Assembly (NCBI GenBank): GCA_965205015.1
Contig: OZ242029.1
Span: 4,544,001 to 4,608,000 of the forward strand
DNA from: Candidatus Poribacteria bacterium
GTDB lineage: Bacteria; Poribacteria; WGA-4E; WGA-3G
Length of the DNA: 64,000 bases
Direction: 5' to 3'
In this document: positions 20,205-30,446 of the stretch, one piece after another
How positions within the stretch are numbered: position 1 is the first letter of the stretch
Layout of the letters: each line of letters begins with the position of its first letter
Translations under genes and position numbers: made by a program
Notes under the pieces: generated by a model
The model's input: only the letters and a program-made list of their open reading frames with translations
Databases searched by the model: none
Told to the model about the DNA's origin: nothing

Positions 20205-21611
20205 TTATTGTCTCTCTGCACACGGCACGATAATAGAATCCACCATGCCGTGTAGAATTTTCTTGTCCGCTGGACAGACCGCCGCTTGCATGCCCCCGAG
20301 TTTGACAGTGTCGCCGACGACAAAATAGTAGGGACGGAGGAGTGGACGGCACGCCATCTCTTGGACATCGCCAGCATCGAAATCGTAATACTGCATCCGT
20401 ACCCGTTCAGCAGTATGGAATTTCTGTAAGACGTACGGATTTTTCTCGAAATTCTCAAGACTGTTCTCAATAACGGCTTCCCATTCCTCCGTAGGAAGAT
20501 CATGTCCGATCGCGACACCGCGGCTCCCCCATGCGAGTTCAGAAAACCCTGAGGGTTTGATAACCAATTCCCGTTGTTTTTGCGTCACTGAACCGAGTTG
20601 TCGCCAATCTGTCACCGCATTTCCGTCCACCTCCAAATTGGGAATTACAGCATGCGGGGGTAGGGGACGGGCATCGATAACCCATGTCTCTGGAATTGTT
20701 CGTTGTAAGAAGGGATAGGTTTTTTTGCCGAGATGGCGTTTCCAAAAGGGTTGGAGCGTCGGATGATGAAAAAGCGCGAGGCATAATTTTTCTTCCAGAT
20801 AGGATTTCGGTGGTGGTGTCATTACAACGGTGCGTTTCTTCGCACTATAAAACATTAACTCCGCTTTCGGGATATTCGGCAGATCGAACAGTTCATAGAA
20901 ACGATAGAGTACGTCAACTTCTATCTTACCGTCTATCGTTTCAACAAGTAGTGCATCCTCGGTAAAAATTACCTCGTGCGGTTTGACGGTGCGAGTCTCC
21001 ACCCCCGCCTCACAAAGTGCCGCGGCAAGCCAGACCATCTCCGCCCAGTAATCTTCCGATTCGTCTGAAACGACGATTGCGAGTGTCGGGTTATCCTTCT
21101 TCGCCAGCGCACGGATCATTTCGGCATATCCGTTCACCATTCCATCGCTGCCCCCGATGATGCTATAGCCGAGTTGTGCGTAGAGCCGTCCTAAGCATCC
21201 TGTCGCCCCGATAAATCCCGGAATCGAGTCGAGTTCGGTAATCGCCATACCGTCAGCAGTCGGGAGTATGTCGGGACGTAGCACACCGGGCAATTGGCTC
21301 TTAAAACGGTTCATCCGCCCATATTGGATAACGGGTTCCGGTTTGCCGAACTCTAAGTACTCCGCCACCCACCCGGGTTGAATACCTCGTGCACTTTGGG
21401 AATAGAGTAAATTACAGGCGCGATAGAAGTTTAAAAGATGGGTTCCGAGTTCCTCAAACCACCTCAAATCCGATTTGGTAATCCAGAACGGTTCCGGGGA
21501 GATACGCCAAGAGGTGTTGCAATCTGGATGGACATCCCGTTTCTCTGATTCAAAGAGCTTCGCCTTCGGGATTTCGTCGTTAATAAATAGACATTTCTGT
21601 TTGGCGTCCAA
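20205..21611 (-). CDS. Circularly permuted ATP-grasp-like ligase (GSP synthase/CP-ATPgrasp-like), function unknown
   Basis: RPD, ITELDSIPG, YRFYELFD, EEK, VIKPSG...WGSRGV.IG, YVLQKF. Confidence 0.7.
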   Translation of the reverse strand: MDAKQKCLFINDEIPKAKLFESEKRDVHPDCNTSWRISPEPFWITKSDLRWFEELGTHLLNFYRACNLLYSQSARGIQPGWVAEYLEFGKPEPVIQYGRMNRFKSQLPGVLRPDILPTADGMAITELDSIPGFIGATGCLGRLYAQLGYSIIGGSDGMVNGYAEMIRALAKKDNPTLAIVVSDESEDYWAEMVWLAAALCEAGVETRTVKPHEVIFTEDALLVETIDGKIEVDVLYRFYELFDLPNIPKAELMFYSAKKRTVVMTPPPKSYLEEKLCLALFHHPTLQPFWKRHLGKKTYPFLQRTIPETWVIDARPLPPHAVIPNLEVDGNAVTDWRQLGSVTQKQRELVIKPSGFSELAWGSRGVAIGHDLPTEEWEAVIENSLENFEKNPYVLQKFHTAERVRMQYYDFDAGDVQEMACRPLLRPYYFVVGDTVKLGGMQAAVCPADKKILHGMVDSIIVPCAERQ

Positions 21612-21626
21612 TTTTTAATGATTCCT

Positions 21627-23213
21627 TTATGCCAAGAAGACCTGCTTAACGAAGTCGATCTTCTTCTGTTCAGCAATGGTTTGTAAAACGCGCCGAGGCA
21701 CAGGACTATCTACGTTGATAAGCGTCACGGCGAGTTCCCATAAGCGTGAACGTCCGACAGTCATATCTGCGATGTTAATACCGTGCTCCCCGAGAATTGT
21801 TCCCATTAACCCTATCATTCCAGGCTGGTCACTATTGTAGATGAGGAGAATATAGCCGGTCGGTCTCACGTTTATATGAAGTTGATCTATTCGGACGATA
21901 CGGATGTCCTTTTTGCCGAAGGCAGTGCCTTCAATGACCGCTTCGCCTTTATCGGTTGTGATTGTAATGGCGATGGAGTTGGCAAAATCTGCTTCTGATT
22001 CGCTTTTCGTCTCTGTAACGGCGATCCCGCGTTGCTTAATCAGAAATGGGGCGTTTACATAGTTCACGTCCGTCAGCACAGGTGCCAAAAGCCCTTTCTG
22101 TAAAGCGACCGTTATCGGCGTAACGTCTTCTTTCTGGAAGAGCGTGCCGTTGTAATGGATTTTAATCGCGGAGATTTGTCCCTCAACAATTTGGGCGTGA
22201 AAACTGCCGATCTTTTCGGCAAGTTCCAGATAGGGACCCAAAATATCGAGTGTCCTCGGATCGATTTTCGGTTGATTTACGGCATTCGCGACGGGCTGTT
22301 CGCGGAGCGCGTTGATGACTTGCTGTGCCACCTCGACGGCGACATGTTCCTGTGCTTCTGATGTAGACGCACCGAGGTGTGGGAGTGCCAGCACACTCTC
22401 TAAGTCCAGCAGTGGGGTTTCGGTTGCCGGTTCGCTTTCAAAAACGTCCAGTGCAGCACCGGCGAGTTGTCCAGTTTTTAAGGCGTGATAGAGGGCATTT
22501 TCATCAATAATACCGCCACGCGCACAGTTAATCAGGCGGCAACTTGGCTTCATCAACGCAAATTCCGCTTCACCGACACTATGATACGTTTCGGCGTTGA
22601 GATGCGTGTGGACGGAAATGTAATCGGATTCCTGAAAAAGCGCATCCCGCTCGACGGGTCGAATGCCGATCTTTTCTGCCGCACTCGCTGAAATATACGG
22701 ATCGTAGGCGATGACTTGCATCCCGAAAGCCTGTGCGCGTCGGGCGACCTCTCGTCCGATCCGTCCCAGTCCGATCGTGCCAAAAACCTTCCCATATAAC
22801 TCAACCCCGATGAAGTCGTTGCGTTTCCACGTTTTGTTCCGGAGTGAAATCCCAGCAGGCACGATGTTGCGCGCCAATGCCAACAGCATCGCAATCGTAT
22901 GCTCCGCCGCCGCGATTGTGTTCCCCGTCGGTGTGTTGACAACCAGGATGCCGTTTCGCGTTGCGGCTTGTACATCAATATTATCCACACCGACCCCGGC
23001 GCGCCCGATGACCTTTAGCTGCTTGGCGTTGTCAATGACGTCCGCAGTCACTTTCGTCGCGCTTCTGATAAGTAGGGCATGATAGTCAGCAATCCGGTCC
23101 AACAGTTCTTCATGAGAGAGATTGAGATTAACGTCCACCTGAAAATCACCACTCTCTTCCAAAACATCCAAACCTCGCCGCGACAGCAGGTCGCTGACCA
23201 GCACCTTGTTCAT
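21627..23213 (-). CDS. serA: D-3-phosphoglycerate dehydrogenase (with ASB and ACT domains)
   Basis: RAGVGVDNID, GLGRIG, NCARGG, PHLGASTSEAQ, DQPGMIG; GGAGGAG RBS. Confidence 0.96.
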   Translation of the reverse strand: MNKVLVSDLLSRRGLDVLEESGDFQVDVNLNLSHEELLDRIADYHALLIRSATKVTADVIDNAKQLKVIGRAGVGVDNIDVQAATRNGILVVNTPTGNTIAAAEHTIAMLLALARNIVPAGISLRNKTWKRNDFIGVELYGKVFGTIGLGRIGREVARRAQAFGMQVIAYDPYISASAAEKIGIRPVERDALFQESDYISVHTHLNAETYHSVGEAEFALMKPSCRLINCARGGIIDENALYHALKTGQLAGAALDVFESEPATETPLLDLESVLALPHLGASTSEAQEHVAVEVAQQVINALREQPVANAVNQPKIDPRTLDILGPYLELAEKIGSFHAQIVEGQISAIKIHYNGTLFQKEDVTPITVALQKGLLAPVLTDVNYVNAPFLIKQRGIAVTETKSESEADFANSIAITITTDKGEAVIEGTAFGKKDIRIVRIDQLHINVRPTGYILLIYNSDQPGMIGLMGTILGEHGINIADMTVGRSRLWELAVTLINVDSPVPRRVLQTIAEQKKIDFVKQVFLA

Positions 23214-23283
23214 AATTCGGACTCCTCCACCGTTATCGTATCGAGACGACACCTTCCCCTCTTTGTTTGCAAGTTATCTTTAA

Positions 23284-23312
23284 ATTATAGCACATCCTAA
23301 GCTCCGTGTCAA
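23284..23312 (-). promoter_or_regulatory. Consensus sigma70 promoter of serA operon
   Basis: TTGACA-17nt-TATAAT with TGn. Confidence 0.8.
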
Positions 23313-23354
23313 CAGTAAAGGACATTCAGTTTCAAAAAATTAACGGAATACCAT

Positions 23355-23383
23355 TGGACATATTTTTTCTTCTGTGGTAATAT
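23355..23383 (+). promoter_or_regulatory. Sigma70-type promoter of tatA
   Basis: TGGACA-17nt-TAATAT with TGn. Confidence 0.55.
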
Positions 23384-23444
23384 ATACCCTAATATCCATC
23401 GTGCATCCGCACAAGGCACGAACTACCCAAAAAAACATGGAGGC

Positions 23445-23663
23445 ATGAATATGTTAGGCCTGGGTCCGTGGGAATTATTGATTGTGTTGGCTGTCGTGTT
23501 ACTCATATTTGGCGGAAAACGTCTTCCCGAATTGGCGCGGGGACTCGGTAAGAGCGTTACAAACTTTAAAGCTGGACTCAATGAAGAACAGACAGAGGAA
23601 ACCGAAACGACAACACAAGTACAACAAGAGAATGGAGTGCCACCAAAAGAGAAAACTGGATAG
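23445..23663 (+). CDS. tatA: Twin-arginine translocase TatA/TatE subunit
   Basis: GLGPWEL...LLIFGGKRLPELARGLGKS..NFK. Confidence 0.95.
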   Translation: MNMLGLGPWELLIVLAVVLLIFGGKRLPELARGLGKSVTNFKAGLNEEQTEETETTTQVQQENGVPPKEKTG

Positions 23664-23757
23664 AGAAGCCCCGCTTCTCCACTCCGTTCTCATCTGCTTG
23701 TAGGCGCAAGCGCCATTCGCGACTTGTATACTCTTAACTGACAACTAACAACTAACA

Positions 23758-24078
23758 ATGAAAGATAAATTACCCGATTTTCTTCAGAATGTGATTGATG
23801 AATACCCCGATGTTTGGAAGGCATATCAGGCATTGGGTGAAGCGTGTGGGACCGCCGGTCCCCTTGAACAGAAAACCGTGAGGCTCGTTAAACTCGCATT
23901 GGCGATAGGTGCCAAGTCTGAAGGCGCGGTACACTCCCATACACGGCGCGCCCTTCGAGAAGGCATCACGCCAGAGGAGTTACAACAGGTAGCACTGCTC
24001 GCTGTGACCTCTATTGGCTGGTCTTCGAGTATGGCGGCATTATCTTGGATTCAAGATGTTGTGGACAAACAATCGTAA
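23758..24078 (+). CDS. Carboxymuconolactone decarboxylase (AhpD-like) family protein
   Basis: GPL..KT.RLVKLALA, EGAVHSHTRRAL..G. Confidence 0.88.
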   Translation: MKDKLPDFLQNVIDEYPDVWKAYQALGEACGTAGPLEQKTVRLVKLALAIGAKSEGAVHSHTRRALREGITPEELQQVALLAVTSIGWSSSMAALSWIQDVVDKQS

Positions 24079-24140
24079 TTTAATCGAGAAAACCAGCAGC
24101 GATGCAGGTTATCCTAACCCTAAGGAGCACATATAGTATT

Positions 24141-24542
24141 ATGAACGGAAAATTCATTGCGTCCGCGAACGTAGAACGAGACGAACTTGACTGGGGAACA
24201 ATCGGTTGGCTCAGTCGCCCAGAAAGTACAGGCGCGAAAGACATCGTTGCCATGGAAGTTAGTCTCTCCCCCGGATATGGACACGATTTCCATAAACATC
24301 CCGATCAAGAAGAGGTTATCTACGTTATAGAAGGCAGTGTAGAGCAGTGGCTTGAGGATAAAAAACAGACACTCAACGCCGGAGATTCTGTTTTTATCCC
24401 AGCGGACATGGTCCACGCCTCTTTTAACGTCTCCTCTGCGTCCGCGAAATTATTTGTTACCCTCAGTCCAAGCAAAGGTGCAGAGGGGTATCAACTCATC
24501 GACGTTTACGATCAAGCACCGTGGAATACACTCCGCTCGTAA
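24141..24542 (+). CDS. Cupin domain protein
   Basis: HDFHKHPDQEEVIYV, GDSVFIP...H; TAAGGAG RBS. Confidence 0.88.
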   Translation: MNGKFIASANVERDELDWGTIGWLSRPESTGAKDIVAMEVSLSPGYGHDFHKHPDQEEVIYVIEGSVEQWLEDKKQTLNAGDSVFIPADMVHASFNVSSASAKLFVTLSPSKGAEGYQLIDVYDQAPWNTLRS

Positions 24543-24553
24543 TAGTAAAAAAA

Positions 24554-25393
24554 ATGATTGGAACGCCAGTCCCTGAAACATCAATGTCAATTCGCCAGCG
24601 GATGCGTGAGTTCTACGAAACATCGGAGACCTATAAAGGCCTTCTATCTGCGCACGATGAAGCCTATCTCCGACACTACGTAGAATTGGTAACCCGCTAC
24701 GCTTCCCCGCGTTCCAAAATCCTTGACCTTGGATGCGGGAACGGTATCTCAGCGAGACTGCTCAATCAGGCGGACTTTGATGTCGTCGGAACCGATATTT
24801 CCCCGCTCTTTCTCAAAGAAGCACGCGCATGGGAAAATCCGAAACTCCGCTATCGGGTGTGCGATGTGATGGAACTCCCCTTTGAAAGCGAGTCCTTTGA
24901 TGTTATCTGCTCAAACGAATTGGTTGAACATCTGCCCGATGTGGAAACGGCGTTAACCGAAATGATGCGGGTTGTGTGCAAGGGTGGGAAAATTGTGCTT
25001 TCCGGACCCAATCTCTGTTCACCCTTAATCCCATTGCTTGATTGGCTGAACCTGATGTCTGGCAGACCCGGCAGACCCGTTTGGGGTGAGACGAAACGAC
25101 AAGCGTTGGAGCAATTTACACGTAACTGTAGACTCTATGTCCGGAAGCGGTTCTTGACACCTCCGACAGTGGCACCGAACTTCATTTACCGTGAACCCGA
25201 TTTACAGGTGGATGCCATTGGTGGTGATGCAGACAGCGCTTATTATGCCAGCCCGATTGATCTCGCTCAATTTTTCCGGTCGCACGGGTGCAGGATCGTC
25301 AAGAAAGCCGTTGGCTTCGGGGTAAAAGGCAGAATTATCGCGAGTGCGTTTCCGTACCTGAGTCCTTATATCACCATGGTTGTGGAGAAATGA
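24554..25393 (+). CDS. Class I SAM-dependent methyltransferase
   Basis: LDLGCGNG, LPF..ESFD, EHLPD; start uncertain. Confidence 0.85.
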   Translation: MIGTPVPETSMSIRQRMREFYETSETYKGLLSAHDEAYLRHYVELVTRYASPRSKILDLGCGNGISARLLNQADFDVVGTDISPLFLKEARAWENPKLRYRVCDVMELPFESESFDVICSNELVEHLPDVETALTEMMRVVCKGGKIVLSGPNLCSPLIPLLDWLNLMSGRPGRPVWGETKRQALEQFTRNCRLYVRKRFLTPPTVAPNFIYREPDLQVDAIGGDADSAYYASPIDLAQFFRSHGCRIVKKAVGFGVKGRIIASAFPYLSPYITMVVEK

Positions 25394-25497
25394 AAAAGAT
25401 TTAGGCGAAATCATAGAATGGTACCTAAAAACCCACAGGAAACCAACGGCACAAGAGACAACGCACAGGCTAACAGCCTATGCTACACTTTATCCTA

Positions 25498-26304
25498 ATG
25501 AACATTCGCGCGGACGATTTTGTTTTAGAGATAGGGAGCGGTCACAACCCGAAGGCACGTTCGGATGTTTTGTGTGATAAATTCATAGGGGATGACGAAC
25601 AGCGCGGCGGTGCCATCGTTACCGACCGTCCGATGGTGGAAGCGGATGGTCAGTTCCTGCCGTTCGCAGATCGGGCGTTTGATTATGTGATCTGCTCACA
25701 TGTGCTGGAACACGTCAAGGACCCTGCCCAATTCATCGCCGAATTAGAGCGTGTCGCCTGCCGTGGGTATATTGAAACGCCCTCTGAAATAGGGGAGCGA
25801 ATCTACGGATGGCACTATCACAATTGGGTCGTCAACTTGGTCGATGGCTGTTTGATGCTACGGAAGAACGAAAAAAAATCCCAATTTGGGCAACTTTTCC
25901 ACAGATTGGCGGTAACAGATAAGCATTGGAAGCGGTTTCATATTACGCATCATAACCTTTTTTTGGTCCAATACGAATGGGAAGATGAAATAAACTATAA
26001 AATACTCCTTGAACATGAGTCAGCACTGGATTTAGAATGCCCTGATACACTTGACAGGCTTGTTGCACCAGATGGTAATGTTCAAAACGAGTGGTTGCTG
26101 CTTCTTAAAAGCGCGGTGCCGCGAGGTATCGTCTCCCGTGCAAAATCGCTTTTGACCAAAGGTAATAGTCGGCAGCGGAAAACATTACGAGAAATTCTTG
26201 TTTGCCCACGGTGTAAAGGTGAGATCACATGGGAAGAGCAGCGTCTCCACTGCAAAATGTGCGAACAGTCCTATCGGATTGTTGATGGAATTCCGAGATT
26301 TTAA
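25498..26304 (+). CDS. Methyltransferase domain protein fused to C-terminal Trm112-like Zn-ribbon
   Basis: VLEIGSG, LPFAD.AFDYVICSHVLEH; LVCPRCKG...C..C...Y.IVDGIP.F. Confidence 0.82.
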   Translation: MNIRADDFVLEIGSGHNPKARSDVLCDKFIGDDEQRGGAIVTDRPMVEADGQFLPFADRAFDYVICSHVLEHVKDPAQFIAELERVACRGYIETPSEIGERIYGWHYHNWVVNLVDGCLMLRKNEKKSQFGQLFHRLAVTDKHWKRFHITHHNLFLVQYEWEDEINYKILLEHESALDLECPDTLDRLVAPDGNVQNEWLLLLKSAVPRGIVSRAKSLLTKGNSRQRKTLREILVCPRCKGEITWEEQRLHCKMCEQSYRIVDGIPRF

Positions 26305-26355
26305 TTATTCGCAAGGCGTTAGATGAGGCAATTGGTTTGTTGACGGTTTTTTCTC

Positions 26356-26536
26356 AAATCCGCCTGCGTGTTTTTGCTTAGGTATTTCTGCGTATTGTTG
26401 CAGGCTACTATCTTTGGTTACAGGAATTGTAGATAAAACTAAAAACCGTAACTCGTAACGAAGTGGAGAGCGGATTTAAGGAAAACACAGCAATGATTCA
26501 AAGTTACGTCGTTTCTCCGCAAGGAAAATTTAAAAC
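26356..26536. repeat. Composite repeat element shared with 45937-46079
   Basis: 26382-26408 is the exact reverse complement of 45947-45973, and 26360-26377 of 46000-46017. Confidence 0.8.
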
Positions 26537-27514
26537 ATGAATGTAGTACCGAAAGAATTTATCCGTGTGATGCCAGATGCGATGCGGAACTTCATCAGTG
26601 CCGCTTTCCAGAAGGCAGGCACTTCGGAAGAGGACGCTGCACACATGGCGCACCTGCTGGTTCTTACCGATCTACGCGGTGTATTCAGTCATGGCACATG
26701 GCAAACACCGGGATATGTCGGGATGATGCTTGACGGGAAAGTAAACCCACGTCCAAACGTCCGCTGCATCGATGAATCCCCAACGACGGCGGTCTACGAC
26801 GGCGATGGCGGTATGGGGCATTTTGCCTCGTATCATGCTGCGAAGGCAGCCGTCAAAAAAGCCAAAGAGATGGGGCTCGGGGCCGCGACGAGTCGGAACC
26901 ACTTCCACTTTGGGAGTGCTGGCAAGTATACACGGCTCGCGCTTGAAGCGGATTGCGCCGGGTTTGCGGTCTCTTGCCACCGTTTTCGACACGGTCCCGA
27001 CAGTCCGATTGCTACCGCAACAGGAGCCTCGCCGATGAGTTTCGCGATTCCCGCGGGCAACCAGCCGCCTATCGTCGTTGATATGGCAACCGGTATTGAT
27101 GCCAAATTACCCTTAGAACAAGCGTTTGAACAGAGTCCCGCTGCGTTCTTCAAGATGTTGGGATTGAGTCATGTGAGTCATGCGCTCGGTGGGTTTATGG
27201 CGGGCATCTGGCTATTCGATAAACCGCCGGATCCCCCAACAATCTGGGAAGGTGCCAATCAAGGGGCTTTCATCGCAGCGATCGACATTTCGCGATTCCG
27301 ACCGGTTGACACGTATAAAGCCGAGATCGATCAACATATCCACGATGCACGACAGATGCACCCCGCACCCGGTTATGACCGATCGGATCTGCCCGGTGGT
27401 TTAGAATGGGAACGCGAACAGGAATGGGCTGACATCGGCATCCCCGTTGGCGAAGCACATCAGGAACAGTTGAAAATAGCTGCTGAACGGGTTGGCATTT
27501 CGCTTCCATTTTAA
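26537..27514 (+). CDS. Ldh-2 family (malate/L-lactate/sulfolactate-type) oxidoreductase
   Basis: DLRGVFSHG, DGDGGMG, NHFHFG.AG, DMAT, LPG. Confidence 0.88.
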   Translation: MNVVPKEFIRVMPDAMRNFISAAFQKAGTSEEDAAHMAHLLVLTDLRGVFSHGTWQTPGYVGMMLDGKVNPRPNVRCIDESPTTAVYDGDGGMGHFASYHAAKAAVKKAKEMGLGAATSRNHFHFGSAGKYTRLALEADCAGFAVSCHRFRHGPDSPIATATGASPMSFAIPAGNQPPIVVDMATGIDAKLPLEQAFEQSPAAFFKMLGLSHVSHALGGFMAGIWLFDKPPDPPTIWEGANQGAFIAAIDISRFRPVDTYKAEIDQHIHDARQMHPAPGYDRSDLPGGLEWEREQEWADIGIPVGEAHQEQLKIAAERVGISLPF

Positions 27515-27551
27515 ATGACGACTTTAAAAATAAAAAGGAATAAAAAACAGA

Positions 27552-28514
27552 ATGGAAACTAATACAAACAACGTAGAAGATCGAAATATTGTAATTATTG
27601 GCGGTGGCACTGCAGGGTTTGCCGCGGGGGTCTACACATCTCGCGCAATGCTTGAACCTGTTCTCATTACAGGAGACGCACTCGGTGGACAACTCTCTTT
27701 AACCCTTGACTTGGAAAACTATCCCGGTTTCTTCGGTAACGAAGCGGGGGTCTTCATACAAGGCATACAAGAACAGGCGGAGCGATTCGGCACCGAGGTC
27801 AAATTCGACACCGTAACGGCGATTGACTTTTCGCAACACCCGTTTGCTGTCACGACCTATGAGAAAGAATACCGTGCGAAATCTGTGATTATATGCACGG
27901 GCGCGTCGCCACGCACGCTCGATATTTCCGGTGAAGAGGAATACGGCGGACGGGGTGTCTCCTACTGTGCAACGTGCGACGGGTTCTTTTTTCAAGATCA
28001 GCGATTGATTGTCGTTGGCGGAGGAGACGCTGCGTTGGAGGAAGGCATCTTCCTAACCAAATATGCTTCTGAAGTATATATCGTTCACCGCCGCGATCAG
28101 CTCCGTGCGAGCCAGATCATGCAGGAACGCGCCTTCAAAAACGATAAAATTAAGTTCATCTGGGACACCGTCGTAGAGGAAATTAACGGCGATGCAGAAA
28201 AAGTGACAGGTGCTACCCTCAAAAACGTTAAAACCGGTGAGACGCAACTCTTCCCGATTGACGGTGTGTTTATCTTTATTGGACATATCCCGAACACAGA
28301 ACTCTTCACAGATGTCATAGATATGAACGATCAAGGTTATATTATTGTAGACGAGATGCAGCGCACGAACGTAAACGGGGTTTATGCCGCGGGTGATGTA
28401 CACGATCATGTCTTTCGTCAGGCAATTACCGCCGCCGGTGCGGGTGCTGCCGCTGCGATCGCCGCTGAAAAGTTCGTCGCAGAATTAGAGAACCGCGCCT
28501 ATCCGGGGAATTGA
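27552..28514 (+). CDS. trxB: Thioredoxin-disulfide reductase
   Basis: GGQL, ENYPG, GVSYCATCDG, GGGDAA.EE, HRRD.LRA, AAGD, RQAITAAG. Confidence 0.96.
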   Translation: METNTNNVEDRNIVIIGGGTAGFAAGVYTSRAMLEPVLITGDALGGQLSLTLDLENYPGFFGNEAGVFIQGIQEQAERFGTEVKFDTVTAIDFSQHPFAVTTYEKEYRAKSVIICTGASPRTLDISGEEEYGGRGVSYCATCDGFFFQDQRLIVVGGGDAALEEGIFLTKYASEVYIVHRRDQLRASQIMQERAFKNDKIKFIWDTVVEEINGDAEKVTGATLKNVKTGETQLFPIDGVFIFIGHIPNTELFTDVIDMNDQGYIIVDEMQRTNVNGVYAAGDVHDHVFRQAITAAGAGAAAAIAAEKFVAELENRAYPGN

Positions 28515-28637
28515 TCGCTGCATAGATGAACCGTAAAGAAGGTTGATATTTGTCGGCAGATTAGGGTAGAATGTTGTTGATATGATCCACGTATTTGAAC
28601 ATTTTTCACGGAATTCAACTATAAGGAAACCGTTTTA

Positions 28638-30284
28638 GTGACTGATCACATACACCCACGACTCGCGCTCGGTTTAGATTCCAGCACGCAGAGCCTATCC
28701 GCTGTCGTCATTGATATAGACACAGCAGAAAAATGCTTTGAGCATTCGCTTGACTATCGCACCGACGAACGTCTCAACCAATTCGGTATCGGAGAGGACT
28801 ATATCTTGCCGCCGAGAGAGGAAGGTGAAGCCGAACAGCCACCACTCATGTACCTCGCCTCACTCGACGCCCTGTTTGCTGACATGCGCGAGGTGGGTGT
28901 GCCGCTTGAGAACATCCTCCTCATCAACACATCCGGACAGCAACACGGGCATGTCTATTTGAACCGAGATGCAGATGCACTTTTGGCGCAACTTGCCAGT
29001 TTCCAGAACTTCAACGAAGATACACGCGACCTGCAAATCCTGCTAAAAGATGTGTTTGCGTATCCCAATGCGCCCATCTGGATGACCGCGAATACGACTG
29101 CACAGACCGATGCTGTCCGAAACGGGGTCGGCGGAAAATCGGAGATGATTGACCTTTCCGGTTCGGACGCGCCGCTCCGCTTCACAGGTGCCGTCGTGCG
29201 CCGTGTCGGGGAACAATTCCCTGAATGTTACGCCGCGACAGCAAAAGTCCAATTGATTAGCAGTTTTATCCCTGCAGTGTTGACCGGTAACGCCGATGTG
29301 CCTATCGACTACGGAAACGGATGTGGGATGTCGCTCATGAATTACCGGAGCAAGGCGTGGGATTCCGCCCTGTTGGCAGCAACCGCGGACGGCTTACCGG
29401 GGGCTGTGGGGGCACTCCAATCGAAATTGCCTGCGCTTGCACGCCCAGATTCCATTGTGGGCAGTCTCGCTGCGTATTACATAGAGAAGTATGGCTTCGA
29501 TGGTCGCTGCGCGGTAATCGCGGGTTCTGGCGACAATCCACAATCGAAGGTGCCTGTTGCTGGAGATTTGCTGAGCCTCGGAACCAGTTTCGTCAACATG
29601 GTGTCAACCGACGGAGATACGCTCGATCCAGAAGGGTTTGCCAACGCCATGTATGACGGCATTAACCGTCCCTTTATGTTTGGATGCCGCACAAACGGTG
29701 CGATGGTATGGGATGCCGTGCGGAGTCATTACGGCTTGGCAAAAGAGGAATATGCCCCTGCAGAAGCGGCATTGCAGACCGTTGCCCCCGGACAGTTTAT
29801 GACGTTTTGGCAACCGAAGACAGAATCCTTCCCCGTCTCTGGTGCGTTTGCGTTAATCCGCGCCACCGCAGAATCCACATTAGCAGAGGACTATACCGGT
29901 ATTATCGAAACGAGCCTCGCCGCGGTTTACATTTACTCCGCCGTTTTCACAAAGCAGACACAGGAACCGTTGTTTGTAACGGGCGGCGCAACAGATAGTC
30001 CTGAAATCATGCGGCGTGTCGCAGGAATCTGGAACAGACCGACGCTTCCGGTAGAGAAAGGCGGTGCCGCACTCGGGGCGGCTGTCGCAGGGGTCAAGGC
30101 ACTTTTTGATGCGGATACTGATAGGGAGGCAGAACCTTTTGATGTTGAGACGTTCAGTGCTGCGGTCTTAAAGCGTGGTGAATCAATCCAACCGAACCCC
30201 ACAGACGTTGCCGCCTATCATGGTGATGGGAAATACCTCCAACAGTTTCAGGAAAAATACGAAAAAATCATGGCAGAATATTAG
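28638..30284 (+). CDS. FGGY carbohydrate kinase, xylulokinase of the XYLB/XKS1-like subgroup
   Basis: LGLDSSTQS, SGQQHG, APIWM, RFTG, LISSF, SGDNP, SLGTS, TGGA. Confidence 0.85.
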   Translation: MTDHIHPRLALGLDSSTQSLSAVVIDIDTAEKCFEHSLDYRTDERLNQFGIGEDYILPPREEGEAEQPPLMYLASLDALFADMREVGVPLENILLINTSGQQHGHVYLNRDADALLAQLASFQNFNEDTRDLQILLKDVFAYPNAPIWMTANTTAQTDAVRNGVGGKSEMIDLSGSDAPLRFTGAVVRRVGEQFPECYAATAKVQLISSFIPAVLTGNADVPIDYGNGCGMSLMNYRSKAWDSALLAATADGLPGAVGALQSKLPALARPDSIVGSLAAYYIEKYGFDGRCAVIAGSGDNPQSKVPVAGDLLSLGTSFVNMVSTDGDTLDPEGFANAMYDGINRPFMFGCRTNGAMVWDAVRSHYGLAKEEYAPAEAALQTVAPGQFMTFWQPKTESFPVSGAFALIRATAESTLAEDYTGIIETSLAAVYIYSAVFTKQTQEPLFVTGGATDSPEIMRRVAGIWNRPTLPVEKGGAALGAAVAGVKALFDADTDREAEPFDVETFSAAVLKRGESIQPNPTDVAAYHGDGKYLQQFQEKYEKIMAEY

Positions 30285-30314
30285 CAGTCAGCAGTCAGTT
30301 ACAAGAAGGATACG

Positions 30315-30446
30315 ATTGTAGGGATAGGTCTCGTGCCTATCCTATACCAATAGCATCAATTGTAGGGATAGGTCTCGTGCCTACCCTATACCAATAGCAT
30401 CAATTGTAGGGATAGGTCTCGTGCCTACCCTATACCAATAGCATCA
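30315..30446 (+). repeat. Three tandem 44-bp units each carrying a GTAG-REP hairpin
   Basis: attgtagggataggtctcgtgccta(t/c)cctataccaatagcatca x3, ending directly at the moaC ATG. Confidence 0.95.

Noticed and set aside
20156-20518. N-terminal 120 aa of the 400-aa PhyH ORF in the track
   Set aside because: It overlaps the ATP-grasp gene in another frame; a good RBS and the domain start point to 20155.
30315-30446. Possible CRISPR array
   Set aside because: The units are contiguous and near-identical with no unique spacers, and there are no cas genes in the window.
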